Assembly: GCA_023230525.1 (NCBI GenBank)
Contig: JALNXE010000003.1
Span: forward strand, 7,037-71,036
Direction of reading: 5' to 3'
Length of the DNA: 64,000 nt
Origin: Desulfobulbaceae bacterium
GTDB taxonomy: Bacteria; Desulfobacterota; Desulfobulbia; Desulfobulbales; SURF-16
Shown here: in pieces, positions 49,338 through 58,022 of the stretch
Layout of the letters: each line of letters begins with the position of its first letter
Position numbering within the stretch: position 1 is the stretch's first letter
Notes under the pieces: generated by a model
What the model saw: only the letters and a program-made list of their open reading frames with translations
What the model was told of the DNA's origin: nothing
The model's database searches: none
Program-made: the position numbers and the translations under genes

Positions 49338-50120
49338 ATGCTGCGCTCCATTGCGGTTGCCATATCTTTTTTGACAATTATTCCGGTAAAACTTAGCGGA
49401 GTGACCCAGGAAAACGTCGCGCGAAGCGGGGCATTCTTCCCCCTTGCCGGCTGGATAATCGGGGTGGCCATGGCCGGCTGCGGGTGGCTGCTGCTGGTGG
49501 TGGGGCTTGACCCTTTTGCCTGTGCGGTGCTGCTCCTTGCCTTTGAGGCCTGGCTGACCAGGGGACTGCATCTTGATGGGGTGGCTGATCTGTTTGACGG
49601 CCTGGGCGGCAGCTTTGAGACGGACAAAAGACTGGCCATCATGAAGGATTCCGCCACCGGCGCTTTCGGGGTGGTGGGTATTGTGCTGGTTCTGCTGTTA
49701 AAAACCGCCGGTCTTTCTTCGCTGCTCACTCTGGTGCAGACCTGGCAGGATTTTTCCACTTTTGTTCTCTTTGTCTGTCTTGCCTTTGTGCCGGCAGCTT
49801 CCCGCTGGGCCATGATGACCCTGGCCTGGAAAAGCCGTTATCCCCGCAAAAACGGGACCGGGCAGATGTTTGTCGGCCGGATAACGGCCAAGGAGATCCT
49901 GGTCGGCTTTGGGTTTCTGCTGCCGGTGCTGGCGGCGGGGAGCGCGCAAGTTTCCATCCTGATAGGACTTGCCGCGGTTTTTTACGTCACCATGGTACCG
50001 TCTTTCTGGCTGCGATACCGCGCCCATGAACTGCTGGGCGGGGTCACGGGAGATGTGCTGGGCGCCAGTTGCGAGTTTGGCGAGGCCCTGGGCTGGCTTG
50101 CCGTTACGCTATTTTTTTAG
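49338..50120 (+). CDS. cobS: Adenosylcobinamide-GDP ribazoletransferase (cobalamin synthase)
   Basis: Polytopic, 260 aa. Contains GLHLDGVADLFDGLGG and GVTGDVLGA. Confidence 0.9.
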   Translation: MLRSIAVAISFLTIIPVKLSGVTQENVARSGAFFPLAGWIIGVAMAGCGWLLLVVGLDPFACAVLLLAFEAWLTRGLHLDGVADLFDGLGGSFETDKRLAIMKDSATGAFGVVGIVLVLLLKTAGLSSLLTLVQTWQDFSTFVLFVCLAFVPAASRWAMMTLAWKSRYPRKNGTGQMFVGRITAKEILVGFGFLLPVLAAGSAQVSILIGLAAVFYVTMVPSFWLRYRAHELLGGVTGDVLGASCEFGEALGWLAVTLFF

Positions 50121-50162
50121 CCTGGTCCGCGGAACCCGAACCTCTGCGCTGATCGAACGGCT

Positions 50163-52196
50163 TCAGATGAGAATGCGATATTCGCTCAGATCATCATTTT
50201 CCGGGATGATCGGCAGGGTGACGGTAAAGACGCTGCCCTTCTCCAGTTGAGAATTCACGGAGATCGTTCCTCCATGCTTTTCGATAATGCCCAGCGAAAC
50301 GGCAAGCCCCAATCCTGTACCGGAAAGTTCCTGTTTGGTGGTGAAAAAGGCTTTGAATATCTTGTGCAGATGATCAGGCTCAATACCGCAGCCGCTGTCT
50401 TCCACGCTGATGGCGACCCGTTTGTCGAGCACCTCGGTACTGATTTTGATCGCCCCGCCGTTTTTACAGGCATCGCGGGCATTGGTCAGGAGATTGAGGA
50501 GCACCTGGCAGATCTGGTCTTTCACCACCAGGATCGCCGGCATATTGACGGCGAAATTCTTTTCAACCTTAATTTTTCTGTCCGTGAACTCTTTTTTGCA
50601 GAGCAGCAGCATGTTGTCTATGGTCTGGTGGATATCGGTGGCTACATGAACGCCGGTGGACGGACGGTTAAAATCACGCAGGTTCTGGATCAGCATCTTC
50701 ATCCTGTCGCATTCCTGGATAGCCAGTTCAAGCATCCTCTCATTCTGCGGGGAAAGGGATTCGTGTTGCTGCACCCCGCTGAGAATATTAATGACAGCAA
50801 AAAGGGGATTGTTGAACTCATGGGCGATTGAGGCGGAGAGTTTGCCGATGGCACTGAGTTTCTCGGCGTGCAGAAGCTGGTGCTGGGTCTGGAAAAGGGC
50901 CTCCTCGGCCTTGATGCGGTTTGATATTTCGTACTGCAGCTCATCGATGAATCTTTTCAGGACGATCGTTCTTTGCTCAACCTTCTGCTCCAGTTCCTCA
51001 TTGGCCTTATACAGGGCGTTTTCCGCCTGTTTCTGGTCGGTGATATCACGGGCTATATGAACCGAGCCGATGAGTTCCCCTTCGCGATTGAACAGGGGGG
51101 AAACGGAAATTTCAAAAAAAATACCGAAAAGATCCATGAACTGAACGGTTTTGTGCTCCCTGAGATCATTGATCAGCAGGGAATGCGGGCAATATGAAGG
51201 GGGGCTGTCAGTCCCGTGCATGACCTGATAGCATTTCAAGCCGACGCATTGCGCCACGGGTTTGCCCACCAGTGACGCCATGGCCTTGTTGAGACGGATG
51301 ATGCGGTGTTCTTTGTCGAGCAGCACAATGGGGTCCGGTACTGCATCAAATGTCCGCTCCCACTCCTGTTTCGCCCGGCTGATGAGATCTTCGGCCTGTC
51401 CTTTTTTCAGAATTTCCTGCTGCAGTTTCTTGTTGATGCTGAGAATCTTTTGGGCCAGGGCAAAAAACAAGGAGAAGGTGATGGTGAAGATGGTAATAAA
51501 AATGGCCAATTCCACCAGCTGGTATTTCTTGGCGAGGGCTTTCTCATCCGTGTCCAGTTCCTGCAGCCGTTTCGTATTGGTATAATAGATACGGTTACCC
51601 GCTTCGTTGATTTTGCTGAAAAGGGGTTCCGTATTTTTGAGAAATCCCTGAAGTTCCTGCTTGATCCGGAACAGCTCACCGTTTAGCCCGGCAGATTCCT
51701 GAAGGGCATCACGTTGGCGCAGCAGATTTTCAAGTATCACCACTTTTTCGTCAATTTCAGGAAGAAGTGGGTTGATTTCCCGCAATTCGATCAGATACCT
51801 TTCCTTGCCGGTCTTTTGATAAGTGATTTCGTCAATTAGTTTTTCTTCGGACGAAGAATGCTGGATCGCCTTGTGAAAGACACCGCCAACCTCAATAACC
51901 TTGAGGGCGGCGCGGATATCCGCAAGTTCCTGTTGGATGAGGTCTTGGGTAAATTTGCGTTTTTCAACCCGTACTTCAGCAAGCATCTGATAAAACTGGG
52001 TGCTTGCCTGCTGCAGGTCGCTGACTATCTGTTCCCCGATAACGCGTCTGGCCCTTTCATTGGCAACGGTTTTTTCAAGTTGGGCCAACAGATGATGGAA
52101 ATAGAAATGGGTGGACATCAACAGAAAAGCCCCGGTCAGCATGACGGCAACAAGGGCAAAGAGGGATGAAAGCGGATATTGGCGGGATGATTTCAC
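50163..52196 (-). CDS. Sensor histidine kinase (2 TM helices, roughly 200-aa extracytoplasmic region, PAS, HisKA, HATPase_c); no adjacent response regulator
   Basis: H-box SASIAHEFNNPL, N-box LLNLLTNARDA, G-boxes DSGCGI and GTGLGL. GTG start. Confidence 0.85.
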   Translation of the reverse strand: MKSSRQYPLSSLFALVAVMLTGAFLLMSTHFYFHHLLAQLEKTVANERARRVIGEQIVSDLQQASTQFYQMLAEVRVEKRKFTQDLIQQELADIRAALKVIEVGGVFHKAIQHSSSEEKLIDEITYQKTGKERYLIELREINPLLPEIDEKVVILENLLRQRDALQESAGLNGELFRIKQELQGFLKNTEPLFSKINEAGNRIYYTNTKRLQELDTDEKALAKKYQLVELAIFITIFTITFSLFFALAQKILSINKKLQQEILKKGQAEDLISRAKQEWERTFDAVPDPIVLLDKEHRIIRLNKAMASLVGKPVAQCVGLKCYQVMHGTDSPPSYCPHSLLINDLREHKTVQFMDLFGIFFEISVSPLFNREGELIGSVHIARDITDQKQAENALYKANEELEQKVEQRTIVLKRFIDELQYEISNRIKAEEALFQTQHQLLHAEKLSAIGKLSASIAHEFNNPLFAVINILSGVQQHESLSPQNERMLELAIQECDRMKMLIQNLRDFNRPSTGVHVATDIHQTIDNMLLLCKKEFTDRKIKVEKNFAVNMPAILVVKDQICQVLLNLLTNARDACKNGGAIKISTEVLDKRVAISVEDSGCGIEPDHLHKIFKAFFTTKQELSGTGLGLAVSLGIIEKHGGTISVNSQLEKGSVFTVTLPIIPENDDLSEYRILI

Positions 52197-52379
52197 AGCT
52201 TTGGCGCAGTGATTTGATTAAAAAAAAGAAAATGGATGAATACAGTCTATTCCCAAGGTGAAGCAGGATCTCGGCATGAGCTGAACCTCGCTTTCAAAAG
52301 TGACCACGCGAATTGCTGTTTCAATAGCTTACTATAGCAATTACAGATTGTTTAGGAAACTTTTTTACGAACAGAGGAA

Positions 52380-52406
52380 AATCAGAGCAGCAGAGCTGCT
52401 CTGATT
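52380..52406 (-). terminator. Perfect 12-bp hairpin downstream of the TPR gene
   Basis: AATCAGAGCAGC-AGA-GCTGCTCTGATT. On the minus strand it is followed by only TTT, so the U-tract is weak. Confidence 0.45.
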
Positions 52407-52429
52407 CGGAGAAGGGGCCTTGCCCGGGA

Positions 52430-53044
52430 TTATCGCTGCTCTTTGACCGTTTTGATGATTTCGGTGACAGGCTGTCCATTCGGCGCCTTGGCGTCAGGGT
52501 GGAGTTTCACCAACTCCTCCCAGGTCTTGATTGCTCCGTCACGATCTTTCAGGTCATAGAGCTGCACGATACCCCGGTTAAACCTGGCGGTGGGATGGCT
52601 CGGGTCAACCGCCGTGGCCCGATCAAAGGCGGCAATCGCCTCTTTGGGGTTGCCATTGCGGCGATACATGACACCCAGGTCAGTCAGCACATCGGCATTG
52701 TTCGGGTTAAGAGCAAGGGATTTGTTGTAGGCCTCAATGGCCTTGCCGGGGTTGTCGCTGTCAAAATAATAATTTCCCAGCTGGGTCCAGGCCTCCATGT
52801 TGTCCGGGTGGGCAACCACCTCTTTTTCCAGGGCCAGTATTTTCTGGGTGATCTGCGGATCAGCAGCCGGGGCCTGACCTTGCTGCTGCACGGCCTGTGG
52901 GGTGACGGCTGCCGGAGATGGACCGGATTTATAAACGCTGAAAACAATTCCTGCCAGAAAGCCGAAGGCAAGAGCGACCAGGGCAATAAACCACATTGTT
53001 TCTTTTTTTATATATCCGTCAGGGATGTTGGTGTTGTTTGTCAA
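52430..53044 (-). CDS. Membrane-anchored TPR-repeat protein
   Basis: N-terminal TM helix WFIALVALAFGFLAGIVF. Three to four TPR units (AWTQLGNYYFDSDNPGKAIEAYNKSLALNPNNA and following). TTG start with RBS GAGG. Confidence 0.75.
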   Translation of the reverse strand: MTNNTNIPDGYIKKETMWFIALVALAFGFLAGIVFSVYKSGPSPAAVTPQAVQQQGQAPAADPQITQKILALEKEVVAHPDNMEAWTQLGNYYFDSDNPGKAIEAYNKSLALNPNNADVLTDLGVMYRRNGNPKEAIAAFDRATAVDPSHPTARFNRGIVQLYDLKDRDGAIKTWEELVKLHPDAKAPNGQPVTEIIKTVKEQR

Positions 53045-53236
53045 TTGTCTTACCTCACAGTTGCCTGATGATCAGTTTTGTTAGTGGCGGAAGGAGATCC
53101 CGGAGAAAAATTTGCGCAGATTTGAATATAAAAACATTATTCGTAATGGGCGTGGCGGTCAAGCTGAAAAGTTCAAAAAATTGAATCATGCCACAGATCC
53201 GGGGTAGAAAAAAATTGATTTCTCAGCGTAACGGCT

Positions 53237-53278
53237 AAAGAGGCATCAACGACTTTTAAAGAGGCATCAACGACTTTA
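53237..53278 (+). repeat. Tandem 21-bp direct repeat (2 copies, 20/21 identical)
   Basis: AAAGAGGCATCAACGACTTTT followed by AAAGAGGCATCAACGACTTTA. A third, degenerate copy of the core (GAGATAACGACTGG) follows. Confidence 0.9.
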
Positions 53279-53327
53279 TAGCGAGATAACGACTGGTTGA
53301 GATCCCTCGCTCGAAAAAGGATGCTGG

Positions 53328-53343
53328 TGGCATATAACTTGTA
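53328..53343 (+). promoter_or_regulatory. Sigma-54-like -24/-12 element with a weak -12
   Basis: TGGCATATAACTTGTA has correct spacing, but the -12 element is GT rather than GC. It lies 85 nt upstream of the NifX-like gene ATG. Confidence 0.3.
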
Positions 53344-53427
53344 ATTACCCCAGGCATCATTGCCATGATGGGAGGGGTGTTATTTTCCATTCCCCGGGCT
53401 GTCAACTCTCTGAATAAAGGAGGAGAT

Positions 53428-53727
53428 ATGCGTATAGCCGTTGTGTCGAGTGACAGGAAAGTGGTGAACGAACGTTTTGGCACCGCAAAGAGATTTTTGA
53501 TTTATGAGCAGACGGAAAACGGGCTGCAATTTGTGGGCGAACGGGTTTCGGAGCCGCTTTTCGCCGAGTTTTTTGATCAGGATATGTGTGAATGGATTGC
53601 CGATATAATCCAGGATTGCCAGAAAGTCTATATGACAACCATCAGTAAGACCGCGGAAAGGGCGGTAGCCAGCCGTGGCATTACCCCGGTGCTCTATCAG
53701 GGGCGGATCGACCAGATTATCCTCTAA
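53428..53727 (+). CDS. NifB/NifX/NafY-family (dinitrogenase Fe-Mo cofactor biosynthesis domain) protein
   Basis: MRIAVVSSDRKVVNERFGTAKRFLIYE matches the N-terminal pattern of the family. RBS AAAGGAGGAG. 99 aa. Confidence 0.65.
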   Translation: MRIAVVSSDRKVVNERFGTAKRFLIYEQTENGLQFVGERVSEPLFAEFFDQDMCEWIADIIQDCQKVYMTTISKTAERAVASRGITPVLYQGRIDQIIL

Positions 53728-53742
53728 CTTGCCCGCTTCTCT

Positions 53743-53913
53743 CCCCCCCCCCAGGTTGTTAAAAGTGTCCAGGCTGGCGGTTCTGCCTGATTTTAACAAC
53801 CTCGGGTTCCCCCCCCAGCCTTGTCCTTGCCAATAATCATTTCCCGCAAAAAAACAGTAACCAGGGCAATTTTCATCGCAACGCAGGAAATAACCGGACC
53901 GCTGATCCCCCCC
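53743..53913. repeat. Non-coding segment with three poly-C tracts (C10, C8, C7) and an 11-bp inverted repeat
   Basis: C10 at 53743-53752. GGTTGTTAAAA (53754-53764) pairs with TTTTAACAACC (53791-53801). C8 at 53809-53816. C7 at 53907-53913. Confidence 0.8.
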
Positions 53914-54074
53914 GCTATTCCCGGGGCAAAATTTGCCAGCAGGCTTGCCTTGGGTAAAATTCTTGCATGAATAAATTGATCCGGCGGTTATAAAGATGCA
54001 TGAGAACGCTTTATTTGAGCTATGCCCTATGAGGCGATAATCAGTGCTTTGCGCAGGGCTTACAGGGATCGGTC

Positions 54075-54539
54075 GTGAAAAAGAAGATAACAAGACAGAA
54101 GGGCGGACTGCCGCGGTTAACGGATGATGATTTTCATTTCGGCGGTGATTTACCGGCACGGGAACAGGAATCCTTTGCCGCAATGTTTGATTCCACCTCT
54201 TTTGACAGGGAGGTTTTGGCGGTGATGAACAGCAGGCGGGCAGGGAAACCCGGTAAGAAAATTATCTATCCCTCTCCTCAGGAACACTTGGATCTGCATG
54301 GATTAACCGGGCAGGAAGCCGAGGGTAAGGTGACGAATTTTCTGCTGACAGCTCGCCAAAAAGGGCTCAGGACCGTTGCCGTTATTACCGGCAAGGGCCT
54401 TCATTCCCAAGGGCTTCCTGTTCTGCGGGATCTGGTGGAAGGCATGGCAAAGGGCATGAAGGCCGGCGGGGAAATCAGAAATTATGTATGGGAAAACGGT
54501 CAACGGGAAAGTAGCGGGGCCATCATTATCTATTTATAG
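54075..54539 (+). CDS. Smr-domain protein
   Basis: LDLHGLTGQEAEGKV...VITGKGLHS is the Smr/MutS2 C-terminal nuclease-domain pattern. GTG start. Confidence 0.7.
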   Translation: MKKKITRQKGGLPRLTDDDFHFGGDLPAREQESFAAMFDSTSFDREVLAVMNSRRAGKPGKKIIYPSPQEHLDLHGLTGQEAEGKVTNFLLTARQKGLRTVAVITGKGLHSQGLPVLRDLVEGMAKGMKAGGEIRNYVWENGQRESSGAIIIYL

Positions 54540-55379
54540 GTTGTAGGGCGAGTGCAGCATCTCCCTGATTTTCAAGATAATCTCCTTGTCCGGATTAAAG
54601 GGCGAGGCAGGACTCTCCGGCAACGGGATGTAGTTGCTGAGGGCAAAGGGGGTGGGGGCGATGTTCAGATTGTAGGCTTGGACCAGCAGGGATTCCAGGT
54701 TGACCGCATCGGCAATATTGTAGGCCAGCAGGGTTTGCAGCGCCCGGTCATTGCCGCTGCGGGTAAATTCCTGCCAGAGAAGCACTGCCCAGTAGCCGTC
54801 AACTCCTTCCAGCCCCATCCTGTTGATCCCCAGTTGTTTTTCGCAGCCTTTCAGGCCGCCCCGGTAGCCCAGCCTGGCCAGAATGTAGCGCAAATCGATA
54901 TGCACCTGTCTGAGCCGGGTCTGCAGGCATGATTCTATCACCGGCACGTCGAAACTTTTGCCGTTGTAGGTAACGATAACCTCATAATCCGCGATGTCCC
55001 CGATGAACTGTTCCAGGTTGCGGCCCTGGACGTAGGTGCGGATTGTCCGGCCATCGTAAAGGGCGATGGTGGTGATTTCACACAGCTCCGGACCCATGCC
55101 GTTGGTCTCGATATCAAGAAAGGCTGTCCTGTCGCGAAAATGGGGGAAAAGGCGCCAGTGATGACTTGGCTGCAGGAGTTTTGCGTAAAATAAGGCTGAG
55201 CCGTCCTGCTGCTCAAGATAGTGTTGCAGATGGTAGGTGATGAGATTGATCTTTGCCTGTGGCAGGTTGGGCGGAAAGGGAGGCTGCCATTGCTCCCAGG
55301 TATGAATACCGGACCGCCAGATCTGTTTTTCCGTTTTTTCGCCGATGCCCGGGATGTGGAGAAAGGTGTTATGAAGCAT
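54534..55379 (-). CDS. RNase-H-like (YprB/COG3359-type) predicted exonuclease with an N-terminal helix-hairpin-helix
   Basis: IPGIGEKTEKQIW, then FLDIETNG, YNGKSFDVP and AYNIADAV (DEDD-like acidic residues). Confidence 0.65.
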   Translation of the reverse strand: MLHNTFLHIPGIGEKTEKQIWRSGIHTWEQWQPPFPPNLPQAKINLITYHLQHYLEQQDGSALFYAKLLQPSHHWRLFPHFRDRTAFLDIETNGMGPELCEITTIALYDGRTIRTYVQGRNLEQFIGDIADYEVIVTYNGKSFDVPVIESCLQTRLRQVHIDLRYILARLGYRGGLKGCEKQLGINRMGLEGVDGYWAVLLWQEFTRSGNDRALQTLLAYNIADAVNLESLLVQAYNLNIAPTPFALSNYIPLPESPASPFNPDKEIILKIREMLHSPYNL

Positions 55380-55412
55380 AGGATATCACCGCAGGGGGAG
55401 GAGCATGAAAAA

Positions 55413-55441
55413 GGCCCGGGATGCTGAACAAATCCCGGGCC
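55413..55441 (-). terminator. Rho-independent terminator (second of two after glnN)
   Basis: On the minus strand: GGCCCGGGAT-TTGTTCAGC-ATCCCGGGCC followed by TTTTTC. Confidence 0.7.
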
Positions 55442-55501
55442 ATCTTGCCTTGTGTCTCACTGCCAGGCGCCGACCCGGCAGGTGGAAACGAAAAATTTAC
55501 C

Positions 55502-55540
55502 GGCAGCAGAGAGGGTACTGCTGTACTCCTCTCTGCTGCC
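55502..55540 (-). terminator. 13-bp stem hairpin immediately downstream of glnN
   Basis: GGCAGCAGAGAGG-13 nt-CCTCTCTGCTGCC. On the minus strand it is followed by GGTAAATTTTT. Confidence 0.65.
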
Positions 55541-55562
55541 GCGGTTTCGTCCTGCTTTCGAA

Positions 55563-57695
55563 TTACAGTTTAAACAGCATGTCGCTGTAAACCGGCACTG
55601 GCCAGAGATCGCTGGGCATCAGCACCTCAATTGCGTCAATGTCGGCCCGCAGGTCGTTTAAACAGGGCCGCACTTTGTCGCGGAAGGCCACGGCCTGTTT
55701 CTCCACCTTGTCAATGGCTTGAGACTTAATTGTCTCTTCTTCGAGTTTTTTGAGTTTCTTGTTTGCCGAAGTAAGCAGATTGCCGATGGATTCCAGCAGT
55801 TCCTTCTGCACGGAGGCTGACTTACCCGCCACTGCCATGGAATTGCCGAGCTCGGTCATGTAGCGGATCGCAGCGGGGAAATAGAGTCTGCGCACCATCT
55901 GCATGGCGGTCTGCGCCTCGATATTGATATGTTTTGAGAACTGTTCCGTGTAGATGTCGTAGCGGGAGTGCAGCTCTTCCTTGCTGAGGACATTGTATTT
56001 GGCAAACAGTTTGAGGGCCTTGGGGGTGATAAAAGACTTCAGGGCGTCAACAGTGGTCTTGGTGTTGGGAAGGCCCCTTTTTCCAGCTTCTTTCTCCCAA
56101 TCCGGGCTGTAGTTGTTGCCGTTGAAGATAATTTTCTCATGGTTTTTCACGGTGTCTTTAATAATATTGAGTATCTCGGCGTTGATGTCCTTGGACTTCT
56201 CAAGCCGGGTGGCGATCTCATCAAGCGCCTCGGCGGCGATGGTGTTCAGGGCCACATTGGGGCCGGAAATCGACTGGGATGAACCGACCATGCGGAATTC
56301 GAATTTGTTGCCGGTAAAGGCAAAGGGGGAGGTGCGATTGCGGTCGGTATTGTCCTTCGGCAACTCAGGCAGGGTATCAACGCCGATCTTCAGGAACGCA
56401 TCGCCTTTTTTAGGGGCCTTCTCACCTTTGGCCAGATTGAAAAGAATGTCGGAGAGTTCATCGCCGAGGAATACGGAAATAATGGCCGGAGGTGCCTCGT
56501 TGGCGCCTAAACGGTGATCGTTGCCGGAACTGCCGCAGGTGGCGCGCATGATGTCGGCATGGCTGTCCACGGCTTTCAGCAGGGCGCAGAGGAAAACCAG
56601 GAACTGGGCATTGTCCTCAGGGGTTGTGCCGGGCTCCAGCAGGTTGATGCCGTCATCGGTGCTCAAAGACCAGTTATTGTGCTTGCCGGACCCGTTGACT
56701 CCGGCATAGGGTTTTTCGTGCAGCAGGCAGACCATGCCGTGGCGCAGGGCAACCTTCTGCATGGTTTCCATGACCAGCTGATTGTGATCAGCCGCGATGT
56801 TGGTGGTGGCGAAAACGGGTGCCATCTCATACTGGGCGGGCGCGACCTCGTTATGTTTGGTTTTGGAGGTGATGCCCATTTTCCACAGTTCAATGTCAAG
56901 ATCCTTCATGAATGCGGAAACACGATCCTTGATGGAGCCGAAATACTGGTCTTCAAGCTCCTGTCCCTTGGGGGCGGGTGCGCCGAAAAGCGTTCTGCCG
57001 CAGGTCAGGAGATCAAGGCGATTCAGATAGTACTCTTTTTCCACCAGGAAATACTCCTGCTCGGAGCCAACCGTAGAGGTGACTCTGCTGGAGGTGTCGT
57101 TGCCGAGGGCCTTCAGCACACGCAGGGACTGGGTGGATACCGCGGCCATGGACCGCAGGAGCGGGGTTTTTTTATCCAGGGCCTCGCCCTTGTAGGAACA
57201 GAAGGCGGTTGGGATACACAGGGTAACATTGCCTGCGGCGTCTTCTTTCAGGAAGGCCGGCGAGGTGCAGTCCCAGGCGGTATAACCGCGGGCCTCAAAG
57301 GTGGCGCGCAGCCCGCCGCTGGGGAAAGATGAGGCGTCCGGTTCGCCCTGAATGAGCTGTTTGCCGGAGAACTCCATGATCACGCTGCCATCTAAGGTCG
57401 GGGCAATAAAGGAATCATGTTTTTCAGCAGTTGAGCCGGTAAGGGGTTGAAACCAGTGAGTATAGTGGGTGGCGCCTTTCTCAATGGCCCAATCCTTCAT
57501 GGCATTGGCGACTACGGCCGCTGTCTCCGGCTGCAGAGAAGCCCCCATTTCGATGGTTTTTTTCAGCGCCTTGTATGTCTCCTTGGGCAGTCTCTCTTTC
57601 ATGATTTTTTCGTTGAAGACATTTGAGCCGAAAAGCCCTGGTACGTTGATGTTGATAAGATCAGGGCAGCTTCCGTAGTTACATTCGGTACACAT
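55563..57695 (-). CDS. glnN: Glutamine synthetase type III
   Basis: About 710 aa, a GSIII-size protein. The N-terminus [23 protein letters not shown] is GSIII-like. RBS AAGGAGA lies before the ATG at 57695; the track ORF extends to 57779. Confidence 0.85.
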   Translation of the reverse strand: MCTECNYGSCPDLININVPGLFGSNVFNEKIMKERLPKETYKALKKTIEMGASLQPETAAVVANAMKDWAIEKGATHYTHWFQPLTGSTAEKHDSFIAPTLDGSVIMEFSGKQLIQGEPDASSFPSGGLRATFEARGYTAWDCTSPAFLKEDAAGNVTLCIPTAFCSYKGEALDKKTPLLRSMAAVSTQSLRVLKALGNDTSSRVTSTVGSEQEYFLVEKEYYLNRLDLLTCGRTLFGAPAPKGQELEDQYFGSIKDRVSAFMKDLDIELWKMGITSKTKHNEVAPAQYEMAPVFATTNIAADHNQLVMETMQKVALRHGMVCLLHEKPYAGVNGSGKHNNWSLSTDDGINLLEPGTTPEDNAQFLVFLCALLKAVDSHADIMRATCGSSGNDHRLGANEAPPAIISVFLGDELSDILFNLAKGEKAPKKGDAFLKIGVDTLPELPKDNTDRNRTSPFAFTGNKFEFRMVGSSQSISGPNVALNTIAAEALDEIATRLEKSKDINAEILNIIKDTVKNHEKIIFNGNNYSPDWEKEAGKRGLPNTKTTVDALKSFITPKALKLFAKYNVLSKEELHSRYDIYTEQFSKHINIEAQTAMQMVRRLYFPAAIRYMTELGNSMAVAGKSASVQKELLESIGNLLTSANKKLKKLEEETIKSQAIDKVEKQAVAFRDKVRPCLNDLRADIDAIEVLMPSDLWPVPVYSDMLFKL

Positions 57696-58022
57696 TGTTG
57701 TTTCTCCTTGCATAATGATTGCTGAATAATGATCCCCACTGCAGGGAATATTCATGTTCTCAGGATGGTTTCGCTGCAAGTTCTCTCATGCCTGTGGCTG
57801 ATGCCTGAGGTCTTGCTCGACTAATCGCAGTATGTCCATGTGTTTCATCCAAATTCTGTGACGCCTTGCATAAAAAAGTCTCACCAGGAGTTTTCCGGTG
57901 CACTTCAAGTTACATTGCTGAACAGGTCCTAATTTTCCATATTCCGCAGCGAGTGGCAAGTTTTTTATTTATTACATAATTGTAAAATAAAAAAACGGGA
58001 ATACATAAATTTTGGTAAAACT

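Noticed and set aside
53380-54183. 267-aa minus-strand ORF spanning the NifX-like gene, the poly-C region and the Smr gene start.
   Set aside because: It overlaps two better-supported plus-strand genes. Its reading frame depends on homopolymer tracts, and its product is Pro/Gly/Arg-rich with no motif.
57696-58022. Searched for a sigma-54 promoter or NtrC sites upstream of glnN. TGCACCGGAAAACTCCTGGTGAG was noticed.
   Set aside because: The half-site spacing (11 nt rather than 5) and the second half-site (GGTGAG) do not fit TGCACC-N5-GGTGCA. No GG-N10-GC element with flanking consensus was found, so no call was made.
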